DNA of 64,000 bases, from the NCBI GenBank assembly GCA_965223845.1, contig CBDCXR010000004.1, forward strand, positions 800,001-864,000, read 5' to 3'. Of the stretch, positions 47,131 to 56,072 are shown piece after piece; within the stretch, counting starts at the first letter, position 1, and each line of letters begins with the position of its first letter. The position numbers were made by a program, and so were the translations under genes. The notes beneath the pieces were generated by a model that made no database searches, had not been told where the DNA came from, and saw only the letters and a list, made by a program, of their open reading frames with translations. Origin of the DNA: Planctomycetota bacterium (GTDB lineage: Bacteria > Planctomycetota > UBA8108 > SXIK01).

Positions 47131-49086
47131 ATGGCGAGGATCTTCAGCAAGGATTTGAGCTCGGTGGCAGAGCGATCCATTCGGTCGCGCTCCTCGCCGA
47201 GCTTCCGCGACGATTCCTCCGGATTCGCTCGTGGCTCGTTTCGCGTCGCGGATCGGGAAGCTTCGCGTTTCGACTTCGGACGCGTTTTCTCCGAAATGCG
47301 CAGGCGAAACCCATCGCCCATTCACGGTTCTCGTCCGCGAGATCGATTCTTCGCGCGCGCGCGCGGGCCGTGGAGCGCGCTCGCTCGTACGCTCACGGTC
47401 GTCGCGACGACCATGAGCGTGCTCGCGTGCTCGGGTGAGCGGCCGAACGAGGTGCGATCGTCGACCCCGATGCCTTCGCCGCCTCGATTCGTCGACGGCA
47501 CAGCGTCCGCAGGAATCGAATTCGCGCACGAGAGCGGTGCGCGGGGTCGATACTTCCTCCCGGAGATCATCGGTTCGGGGTGTGCCGTGTTCGACTACGA
47601 CGGGGACGGTGATCTCGATCTCTTCTTCGTCCAGGGCTCGCTCATCGATGGAGCCGCAGGGGAAGAGAAGGCGGGGCCGACGCATCGATTGTTTCGAAGC
47701 GAGCTCGCCGGCGGAACATCGCTTCGCTTCATCGACGTGACGACGGACGCCGGAGTTGGCTTTCGCGACTGCGGAATGGGCTGCGCAGTGGGAGATGTCG
47801 ACGGCGACGGCCACCGAGATCTCTACATCACCGCCTTCGGGCCGAATCGACTCCTCCGAAATCGAGGGGACGGTAAGTTCGGCGACGTGACGGACGCAGC
47901 TGGTTTGGGAGACTCCGGGTTTTCGACCAGCGCGTCGTTTCTCGACTACGATCGGGACGGCGATCTCGATCTTTTCGTCGCTCGCTACGTCGACTACGCG
48001 CCCGCGGAAGACCGCGAATGCACTCGGCTCGGCGGGCGGCGCGACTACTGCGGGCCGCTCAGCTACGCACCGATTTCGGATCGACTCTTTCGCAATGAAG
48101 GCGACGGAACGTTTACGGATGTTTCGGTTGAGACGGGAATCGCAGGAGCCTCGGGGTACGGACTGGGTCTCGTCTCCCGCGACTTCGATGGCGACGGCTG
48201 GGTGGACGTGTTCGTTGCCAACGACGCGTCGCCAAATCACTTCTGGCGAAATCGCGGCGGCCGACGTTTCGAGAACGTCGCGCTAGAGCTCGGTGTCTCG
48301 GTCAACGGTGAGGGGCGAAACGAGGCCGGGATGGGCGTTGCGGCGGCGGATTTCGACCGCGACGGTCAGCTCGACCTCTTCTTGACTCACGAACGCGGAG
48401 AGTCGAATACTCTCTATGAGATGCGAGACGGCTACTACGTCGACGCGACGACGCAGCGCGCTCTGGGAGCCGTGAGTCGTCCCTTCGTGGGTTTTGGAAC
48501 CGTCCCCATCGACTTCGACCGAGACGGGTGGCTCGACATCTTCGTCGCGAACGGAGCGGTGAGAAAGCTCCCGAATCGATTGGACGCGGCGAATCCCTAC
48601 GTCCAGCCAGACCGACTCTACCGTCGCGGCGCCGAGCGATTCACCGAGGTGAGCGCGGAAGATTCCGGAGCGATCGCTGAGCTGCACGCAAGTCGTGGCG
48701 CCGCGACCGGCGATCTCGATCAAGACGGCGACGTCGATATCGTCGTCACCTCAAATCGAGGGCAGGCCCGAATCCTGCTAGACGATTCGAAGAGAGACTC
48801 GAATTGGGTCTCGCTAGAACTCGTTGGCCGGCCTTCGAATCGCGACGCGTACGGCGCGCGTGTGCGGATCGATCTCGCCAGTGGAGGCACCGTCCTGCGC
48901 TGGGCGGGAACGGACGGCAGCTACCTGAGCGCGAGCTCTCCCCGACTCGTCGTCGGGCTCGGAAAGGGCGTCGCCGAGAGGATCACCGTTGCCTGGCTGT
49001 CGGGAGCCGTCGAGACGTGGACCGCGATCCCGTCGCGATCTCGATTCGTCTTGCGCGAAGGGAGCGGGAGCCGTCCGCCCGAGTGA
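47131..49086 (+). CDS. CRTAC1/ASPIC-UnbV FG-GAP repeat protein
   Basis: Repeated DxDxDGxxD motifs; AGMGV; SNRDAYGARV, GSYLSAS..RLVVGLG. The true start is probably downstream (VLAC lipobox). Confidence 0.9.
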   Translation: MARIFSKDLSSVAERSIRSRSSPSFRDDSSGFARGSFRVADREASRFDFGRVFSEMRRRNPSPIHGSRPRDRFFARARGPWSALARTLTVVATTMSVLACSGERPNEVRSSTPMPSPPRFVDGTASAGIEFAHESGARGRYFLPEIIGSGCAVFDYDGDGDLDLFFVQGSLIDGAAGEEKAGPTHRLFRSELAGGTSLRFIDVTTDAGVGFRDCGMGCAVGDVDGDGHRDLYITAFGPNRLLRNRGDGKFGDVTDAAGLGDSGFSTSASFLDYDRDGDLDLFVARYVDYAPAEDRECTRLGGRRDYCGPLSYAPISDRLFRNEGDGTFTDVSVETGIAGASGYGLGLVSRDFDGDGWVDVFVANDASPNHFWRNRGGRRFENVALELGVSVNGEGRNEAGMGVAAADFDRDGQLDLFLTHERGESNTLYEMRDGYYVDATTQRALGAVSRPFVGFGTVPIDFDRDGWLDIFVANGAVRKLPNRLDAANPYVQPDRLYRRGAERFTEVSAEDSGAIAELHASRGAATGDLDQDGDVDIVVTSNRGQARILLDDSKRDSNWVSLELVGRPSNRDAYGARVRIDLASGGTVLRWAGTDGSYLSASSPRLVVGLGKGVAERITVAWLSGAVETWTAIPSRSRFVLREGSGSRPPE

Positions 49087-49242
49087 TCTGCGAGTGAGGC
49101 CCGGAGAACGATCTTCGCACTCAGCGCGTGTCGAGGCACAATCGAGACGATCGAAGACTCCGGTGAGCGCGACCGATCGCGCTGCGGGCGCGCTCGTCCG
49201 GGTCCTCGACCGACGATCTGCGGCTCGCACGAGAGAGATGTC

Positions 49243-52200
49243 ATGACGATGGCAACGACGGCTCGGGTTTTCGCGTGGACCGCAGCCGTCATCGTGCTCT
49301 CGCGGGTTGATTTGTCTCTCGCGAGCGATCTCGTCCCGAGTGGCGATATCGTCATCAGCGAAATCTCGTACAACCCGCCGCCCGAGCTGGGTCCCGACTC
49401 GGCGCTCGAGTTCGTCGAGATTCACAACCGGAGCGACGCGCCGGTCGATCTCTCGGGCTGGCGTCTCAAGGATGCCGACGATGCGCACGAGTATCGGATT
49501 CCCGGCGGCGTCGAGTTGCCGCCGGGTGGAGATCTCGTTATCGCGCGCGACCCCGCGAGTCTACGGGCGGTGTACGGCGATGACGTCGAGGCCGTCGGGC
49601 CGTTCGACTTTGGACTCGGGAACGGCGGCGATACCGTTCGTCTCTTCGACACCGCCGGACTGCTGGTAGATCGCGTCGAGTACGAAGACGACGGCGCGTG
49701 GCCGGTCGAGGCCGATGCGAACGGTGCCACCCTCGAGCGGATCTCGCTCTCGTCCGACCGCACCGATTTCGCAAATTTCGCGGCGAGCGACGACGACGGC
49801 TTGCCGGGGACGCCCGGGGCGGTGAATTCGCGCTCCGGCGAGATACCGTCCCGCCACGCCGTCGTGATTAGCGAGGTGCAGTATCATCCGGTCGTCCTGC
49901 CGGGTGCGAGTCCGCTGCTTCACTGCAGCGACGACGAGTTTATCGAGATCTACAACGGAGGTTCGACCGCGATCGACATTTCGGGTTGGCGCTTTGCGGA
50001 CGGAATTCGCTACGAGTTTCCCGCGGGGACGGAGATCGGTCCCGGCGAACACCTCGCACTCTTTCGCGACCGAGAGGCATTCGAGTCCAAGTACGGGAGC
50101 GACGTTCCCGCGCTCGGGCCGTACGCCGGTGCTCTCGACAACGGGGGAGAACGAGTCCTTCTCGTCGACGCGGAGAGCCGACCCGTCGACGTCATCGACT
50201 ACGACGACACGTTTCCGTGGCCCGTCAATCCGGATGGAATCCGCGGATCGATCGAGCTCGTCGACACGGACCGCGACAACGACCGCGGCGGCGCATGGCG
50301 CGCGAGCCGCGACCCCTTCGGCTCTCCCGGCCGCACGAACTCCGTTCGCCGCGAGTTTCTCGACACGGGATCCCACAGCGGACCGCAGGTCACGAAGATC
50401 CGTGCCGTCGCCGCGAGCGATCGCGACCGGCGAGAGCTCACGTCGCGGGATCGGGTGATCGTCGAGGCTCGGATTCTCGATCGGGACGGCGTCAGCGACG
50501 TCGCTCTCGAGTGGCAGGTGTGCTCGCCCGGCGACTACATACCGCGCACGGATGAGCGTTTTGACACCGAGTGGAATTCGATGCGTATGCGCTACGACGT
50601 CGACTCGACGGTGTTCACCGCCGTTCTGGAGCCGTTTCCGCACCGCACGCTCGTCCGGTATCGCATCCGAGCGACGGACGCGGGCGAATCTCCCGTCTCA
50701 ACGGACGCTCCAACGCGCGAGGATCCCGAGCCAAACCTCGCGTTCTTCGTTTACGACGGCGTTCCCGATTACATCGCGTCCGAGCGGAGCGCATTCGGGG
50801 ATCCCGGATACGTTCACACCGGGCTCGATCGAGTTCCGGTCTACCACGTGATCGGACGCGCAGCGGATATCGAGTCACTCCTCTACGAGAGATTCCCCCT
50901 CGATGACGTCTACCGCTGGCACGTCACCTTCGTCCACGAAGGGCGCGTGCACGACCATTGTCGTATCCGCCTGCGGACCGGGCACCGCTACAGTTGGCCC
51001 AAACGCGCGCTCAAGATTCGGTTCAACAAAGGCAATCTCTTTCGCGGCAGATTCAACGACGGTGAGCGTTATCCGAGTGCTCGGCGCACCTTGAACCTGA
51101 ACACGGCCCAGCACGACCCGGGAAAGCCGCGCGGCGAGTCCGGTGTGTTCGAGACGCTCGCCTGGAAGCTCTTTCGGGATGCTGGCGTCTTTGCGGCGAC
51201 GACGACCTTGATCCAGCTCCGGATCGTCCGTTCTCCAGACGAGCACGCGCAATTCGACGGAGACTTCTTCGGCGTCTATCTCGAGGTTCAGTCGCTCGAT
51301 GAGCAAGCTCTCAAGGAGCAGGGGCGTCCCGCCGGCGAGGCTGATCGACTGTACAAAATGGCGGGAGCTCCCGAAAAGAGGCATCCCGATTGCGATCTCT
51401 CGACGGACGACGTCGACGCATTTATGGCCGGCTACGAAACGAACCCCGGGAGAGAGTGGTACGACGAGCACCTCCATCTCGAGCGGTACTTCGCGTTTCG
51501 GAGCGTCGTGGAGCTCGCCGACAACCACGACATGGATTCGCTGAAAAACTTTTACTACTACTTCGACAGCGAATCGCGGCGCTGGGAGGTCGTTCCGTGG
51601 GACCTCGACAACACGTTCGGCGCGCAGGCGAGCGGAGACGAACCGCTCAGCAACCGCGTCCTCCCGCTCTACCCGGCAGAATCGCGAAACCATCTTCGCC
51701 ACGCGTGGCAGCTGCTCTACGACGAGCGGAGGATGTTCTCGATGATCGATGAACTCCGCGAGTTGATCGGTCCTCTCGCCGATGCCGACCAGGACCGCTG
51801 GGACACCGAACCGCGCGTCGCCTGTCCGACCTGGCCATCGCGTCCCGAGGGAAACTGTCTTCAGTATCGCTCGTTCGAAGTGCGAATGCGGGAACTCAAG
51901 CGGTGGATCCGCAGTCGGTCGAAGTTCGTCCGCGCTCTCTTCGTGGATCCTGCCGCGCCGCGTGCGCCGTCGAGCGCGCTCGCGTGGGAAGACGGGCCGC
52001 TGGCGCGCCCGATCGTCCTTCGCTCGAGCGAGTTCGACGATCCCGATCCCGGCGATCTCCATTCCGCGTCGCGCTGGCTCGTCATCGAGCGCGGCGGAGA
52101 TTGGGCTGAGCCCCTCTGGGAGTGGACGTCGACGGTCGATCTTTCGCGGACGAGTGTGCCCGACGAAGCTTTACCCGATGGCGGCGAGTTCCTCTTCCGC

Positions 52201-53619
52201 GTCGCTCACCGCGACACGAGCGGACGCTGGAGCCTCTACTCGGAACCCTCGGGTTTTTCCGCTGGGGTGCAGGCCGCAGCGCCGGGGCGACCTCGCTCTC
52301 TCCGCGCGGAGTCGGTCGGCGCCGGCCTCGCGGTCATCGCGTGGTCCGCCAGCGAAGGCGACGACCCGGGGGTTGGGTATCGTCTCTTTCGGGATAACGT
52401 CTCGGTGACGTCGAAGCTGCTCCGGACGACGCGGTACGCCGACTTCGAAGTAGTCCCCGGCTCGGCTCCGCGATATCACGTGACCGCTGTGAGCGAATCG
52501 GGCCTCGAGTCCGAGCCTTCTGAAGCACTCGTTCTTTCCGTCCCTCTCCACCGTGCGTTCGGCCCGTGGCGAGTGCCTCCGGACGGATTCGACTTCGTCT
52601 ACGACGCGCGTCCGGGCGAGGACGTCTACGATGCCGAGGGACGCGCGCACCTCGACGGTCACTGGGCGAGTGCGAGCGTCGACGCCTGGGACGGCAGTGC
52701 GCCGGGCGAGCCGTTCTCGGCTCCTGGAGGCGCCGGCGTCGTCGTTCTCGATCATGCCGGCGTCGACGGACAACCGGCGTCGGTGCTCACGATCGAAGAC
52801 CCGGGTCCGGCGTCGACGGTCTTCCCGACGCCGAGCAACGAGCGCATCTACCTGCTCCGGGATCTCGGGGCGGTGAATCCGTTCGTAGACGGGTTCACCG
52901 TCGTCGCGCGGTTTCGCGTCCATCCCGCGCCGGTCGATGTCGATCCCGAAGCGGTCGCATTCGACGACGCTGGTGGTCGTGGGCACGTGGGCATCGTCCA
53001 CCGCGGTCGCAGCACGCGAGCGAACCTTTCTCTGTGGCTCGACCGCGATCGACTGCGCATCGGGGAGCGTGGTGACGTGAGCGTGAGACCGTCGGAATTC
53101 GTCTGTGTGTGGCTCACCGCGCGCGAAGAAGGTGACGGTCACCGGGTGCAGGTATTCGTCGACGGACGCACCGTTCCCGCCTTCGATGAGCGAATCTCGC
53201 TTCCGACTCGAGGGACGGAGCGGGCGTTCGACGGCAACTATCTTCAGCTCGGGCTCGCGGGAAACTCGTCGGCGGGTGCGCTTCAAGTCGACGCGATTGG
53301 ATTCGCCGATGGGGTTCACTCGCCGATTCGTGCGCCCGACCAAGTCGATCCGTATCGGCGAGGCGATCTCGACGCCGACCGTGCTCTCGGACTCGACGAT
53401 GTGCTCTTGATCCTCGACTATCTCTTCTCGGCTCCCACCGTCCTTCCGTGTCCCGACGCCGCAGACGTCGACGATTCCGGTCGCATCGACCTCGTCGACG
53501 CTATGCATCTCGTTCACCATCTCTTTACGGGTGGGCCGGCTCCCGCCCCCCCGCGTTTCGAGTGTGGACTCGATCCCACTCCCGATCGCTTGAACGAGTG
53601 CGCAGCCGAGTGTCGCTGA
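49243..53619 (+). CDS. Two lamin-tail domains, CotH kinase, Fn3 and dockerin-like tail
   Basis: IVISEISYNP..EFVEIHN; VVISEVQYHP; KIRFNKG, FFGVYLEV, NHD...KNFYYY, PWDLDNTFG; YRRGDLDAD..CPDAADVDDSG. Confidence 0.85.
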   Translation: MTMATTARVFAWTAAVIVLSRVDLSLASDLVPSGDIVISEISYNPPPELGPDSALEFVEIHNRSDAPVDLSGWRLKDADDAHEYRIPGGVELPPGGDLVIARDPASLRAVYGDDVEAVGPFDFGLGNGGDTVRLFDTAGLLVDRVEYEDDGAWPVEADANGATLERISLSSDRTDFANFAASDDDGLPGTPGAVNSRSGEIPSRHAVVISEVQYHPVVLPGASPLLHCSDDEFIEIYNGGSTAIDISGWRFADGIRYEFPAGTEIGPGEHLALFRDREAFESKYGSDVPALGPYAGALDNGGERVLLVDAESRPVDVIDYDDTFPWPVNPDGIRGSIELVDTDRDNDRGGAWRASRDPFGSPGRTNSVRREFLDTGSHSGPQVTKIRAVAASDRDRRELTSRDRVIVEARILDRDGVSDVALEWQVCSPGDYIPRTDERFDTEWNSMRMRYDVDSTVFTAVLEPFPHRTLVRYRIRATDAGESPVSTDAPTREDPEPNLAFFVYDGVPDYIASERSAFGDPGYVHTGLDRVPVYHVIGRAADIESLLYERFPLDDVYRWHVTFVHEGRVHDHCRIRLRTGHRYSWPKRALKIRFNKGNLFRGRFNDGERYPSARRTLNLNTAQHDPGKPRGESGVFETLAWKLFRDAGVFAATTTLIQLRIVRSPDEHAQFDGDFFGVYLEVQSLDEQALKEQGRPAGEADRLYKMAGAPEKRHPDCDLSTDDVDAFMAGYETNPGREWYDEHLHLERYFAFRSVVELADNHDMDSLKNFYYYFDSESRRWEVVPWDLDNTFGAQASGDEPLSNRVLPLYPAESRNHLRHAWQLLYDERRMFSMIDELRELIGPLADADQDRWDTEPRVACPTWPSRPEGNCLQYRSFEVRMRELKRWIRSRSKFVRALFVDPAAPRAPSSALAWEDGPLARPIVLRSSEFDDPDPGDLHSASRWLVIERGGDWAEPLWEWTSTVDLSRTSVPDEALPDGGEFLFRVAHRDTSGRWSLYSEPSGFSAGVQAAAPGRPRSLRAESVGAGLAVIAWSASEGDDPGVGYRLFRDNVSVTSKLLRTTRYADFEVVPGSAPRYHVTAVSESGLESEPSEALVLSVPLHRAFGPWRVPPDGFDFVYDARPGEDVYDAEGRAHLDGHWASASVDAWDGSAPGEPFSAPGGAGVVVLDHAGVDGQPASVLTIEDPGPASTVFPTPSNERIYLLRDLGAVNPFVDGFTVVARFRVHPAPVDVDPEAVAFDDAGGRGHVGIVHRGRSTRANLSLWLDRDRLRIGERGDVSVRPSEFVCVWLTAREEGDGHRVQVFVDGRTVPAFDERISLPTRGTERAFDGNYLQLGLAGNSSAGALQVDAIGFADGVHSPIRAPDQVDPYRRGDLDADRALGLDDVLLILDYLFSAPTVLPCPDAADVDDSGRIDLVDAMHLVHHLFTGGPAPAPPRFECGLDPTPDRLNECAAECR

Positions 53620-53920
53620 GTGGTCGGCGACTCGCGAACCATTCGGCGTAGCGGAATCTCGCGTGATTCCGTGCCACGGGAAGTTCGACGCATCGGGACT
53701 TTTCGTTTGGGGCGCTCTTCGGAGACGGTTAGTTTGGAGTTCGGAGAGAATCACCTGGCACGTAGACACGATGAGGGCGTTCTACAGGAGTGCTGCGGTA
53801 TTCACAGTGCACGCTTCGGCTCAAAGGAGGTGGAGCCGCGAATCCGTTGGGTCTGACGAGATGGACGATCGAGTCTCGTTTGCGAGGTGGGTGGGTTCAC
53901 CTCGCGGAGAAGGAGGGTCT

Positions 53921-56062
53921 ATGCTCAAGACGTATACGGGCGCAGTCACCGCATTGATGTTGTTCGGAGGGGCGGTCCCGATCGTGCATGCGGATGCACC
54001 ATCGGTCCTCTACTCGTTCAACGTACTCAGTATCGGGGGCGAATCGGACGAGAGCTTCGTCGGCAGATTCCCCGGAGACGATCTGCTTCCCTACACGGAG
54101 GATGACTACGACCTCCCCGAGGGCAGCAATGCGGGCGGGACTTGGGGCGTCGCCCATATGGACATCGACAGCGACGGCGTCATCGATGAGGACGATCCGA
54201 TTTTCGTGTCGGTGAGAAACAACGATGACGATTCGACGCTCTACTCTGCGCTCAGCCGACCCGAGTACGGCGTGATCTACGAGTCGGAAGACTGGGTCGA
54301 GTACTGGGAAGCACGCCAGCAGGGACCGAACGGTGCGTTCGACAACACGGACGATACCGACTTCGAAATCAACGACTGGAACGGCTGGACGGACGAGTCG
54401 AACGCGTACGTTTACAACAATCTCGGCGCGAATCAGCACGGCCTCGGGTTCTCGAAGTACCGCGTGGACTACCGCGGCACTGCGCAGGAAGGCGACCCGT
54501 ACCTCTTCGACGAGATCGAAGGGTTCAAAAAGACGTTCGGTTTCCGAAACACGGCGGACGATCCGGACACGCCCTTCAACGAGCGGGGAGATTGCCGTCG
54601 CTTCTACCGTCCTAGGGGAGAGATCCAATCCCGCGGTTACCTCATTCCGGTGGAGGATCTCGCGGAGCTCGAAGAGGGAAGTCTGCCGACGCTATTCGGC
54701 TGGGAGCAAGTCGATCTCGCGACCTACTTCCGCGACACCATCGCGCCGCTCCTCGAGCACGAAGACCTGTTCATATTCTCTGAGACGGGTCTGCCGATCG
54801 AAGAGCTGCTTCCACTCACGCATCTCTATCTTTTCCAGTCGTCGATCCCGATTACGATCGACAACGGCGAAGTGATTTGCGGCGAGACGAGCGAACCGCT
54901 CTGCATGGATGATCCGGATCCAGCCGCGTGTCAGGTGGCCCAGCACGCCGCGTACTGGGGACTCCCCGCGGAGGGTGCGACGTATCGCTCGTCCCATCTC
55001 ATGGGTTCCAACGCGGATCTGACCGAGCTCGTTTTCGGCGATGTCCATCCGTTCGTTACGCAAACGGAGGACGATTCGGAGCTCAATTTGTGGCTTCAGG
55101 ATCACTTCTGGCGTGACGATCCGACGCACTTCGGAAACTACGAGCTCATTCCGCCCGTCGCCCCGGAAGATCCCGAGCCCGCGTGGGAGATCGTACAAGA
55201 AGCGGCGTTCGCGAATTTCGACAACACGAACGACCAGGTTCTCGTCGCCCGTCAGCCGGGCTCCGTGATCGCCCCGCTTCCGAAGCCGCTCGGCCCGGCC
55301 GAGAGGCCGCTTTTGGTGGTCGCGGATCTGGCCGTCGACGTCGAGATGGGGGCGTCCGAAGGCGAGTTCCAACTGATCGCACGGTCCGGCGACTCGGTCG
55401 TCGCGTACGCGGACATCGGGCGCGACGCAACGCGCGTCCATCTGGGCGGAGCCTTCGATGCCGAATCGGGGACGGCCTCTACTCCGGCGACGAGCGGCGA
55501 TCCCGGGGCGGGGGCGGAAATCGGCGATTTCAACTTCACCGACGGCTTCGCGGAGTACACGCGGTTCGCGCTGATCGTAACGAACGAGGGCGCGAGCCTG
55601 CGTGAGATCCCGACCGGGGACTACGAGACCAATCGCTTTCTCGACATCGCCGCCGACGGCTCCGAGCTCGCGACGGTGAGCGCGGAGGAGGGAGTTCCGG
55701 TGGACGGCGTGGATTCTGTCGTCGTGAGCGGCACGGGTCGTACGGTCGTCAATACGCTCCTCGTCTTCGCGTCACCGGGGGTCGGTCCGTTCCTCCGCGG
55801 GGATTGCAATCAAGATTCCGAGGTGAACATCGCCGACGGAATCGCCCTTCTCAATCACCTGTTCGGAGATGCCCCGGATCCCGACTGTCGTGCAGCCTGT
55901 TCGGCGAACGGGTCGACACTCGTCGACATCAGCTCGGCGATCTACATCTTCAACTTTCTCTTCTCCGAAAACGGGATTCCGATCCCGCCCCCGGCGGAGC
56001 GTGCGGAGTACTCGCAGCGAGACAATGACGCGATCGTCGGGTGTGTCGACTACAGCCCCTAG
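53921..56062 (+). CDS. Acidic secreted hypothetical protein with dockerin-like tail
   Basis: AAGGAGG RBS and ATG 53921; signal peptide ending VHA; FLRGDCNQDSEVNIADGI. Confidence 0.75.
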   Translation: MLKTYTGAVTALMLFGGAVPIVHADAPSVLYSFNVLSIGGESDESFVGRFPGDDLLPYTEDDYDLPEGSNAGGTWGVAHMDIDSDGVIDEDDPIFVSVRNNDDDSTLYSALSRPEYGVIYESEDWVEYWEARQQGPNGAFDNTDDTDFEINDWNGWTDESNAYVYNNLGANQHGLGFSKYRVDYRGTAQEGDPYLFDEIEGFKKTFGFRNTADDPDTPFNERGDCRRFYRPRGEIQSRGYLIPVEDLAELEEGSLPTLFGWEQVDLATYFRDTIAPLLEHEDLFIFSETGLPIEELLPLTHLYLFQSSIPITIDNGEVICGETSEPLCMDDPDPAACQVAQHAAYWGLPAEGATYRSSHLMGSNADLTELVFGDVHPFVTQTEDDSELNLWLQDHFWRDDPTHFGNYELIPPVAPEDPEPAWEIVQEAAFANFDNTNDQVLVARQPGSVIAPLPKPLGPAERPLLVVADLAVDVEMGASEGEFQLIARSGDSVVAYADIGRDATRVHLGGAFDAESGTASTPATSGDPGAGAEIGDFNFTDGFAEYTRFALIVTNEGASLREIPTGDYETNRFLDIAADGSELATVSAEEGVPVDGVDSVVVSGTGRTVVNTLLVFASPGVGPFLRGDCNQDSEVNIADGIALLNHLFGDAPDPDCRAACSANGSTLVDISSAIYIFNFLFSENGIPIPPPAERAEYSQRDNDAIVGCVDYSP

Positions 56063-56072
56063 TCGAACCTAG

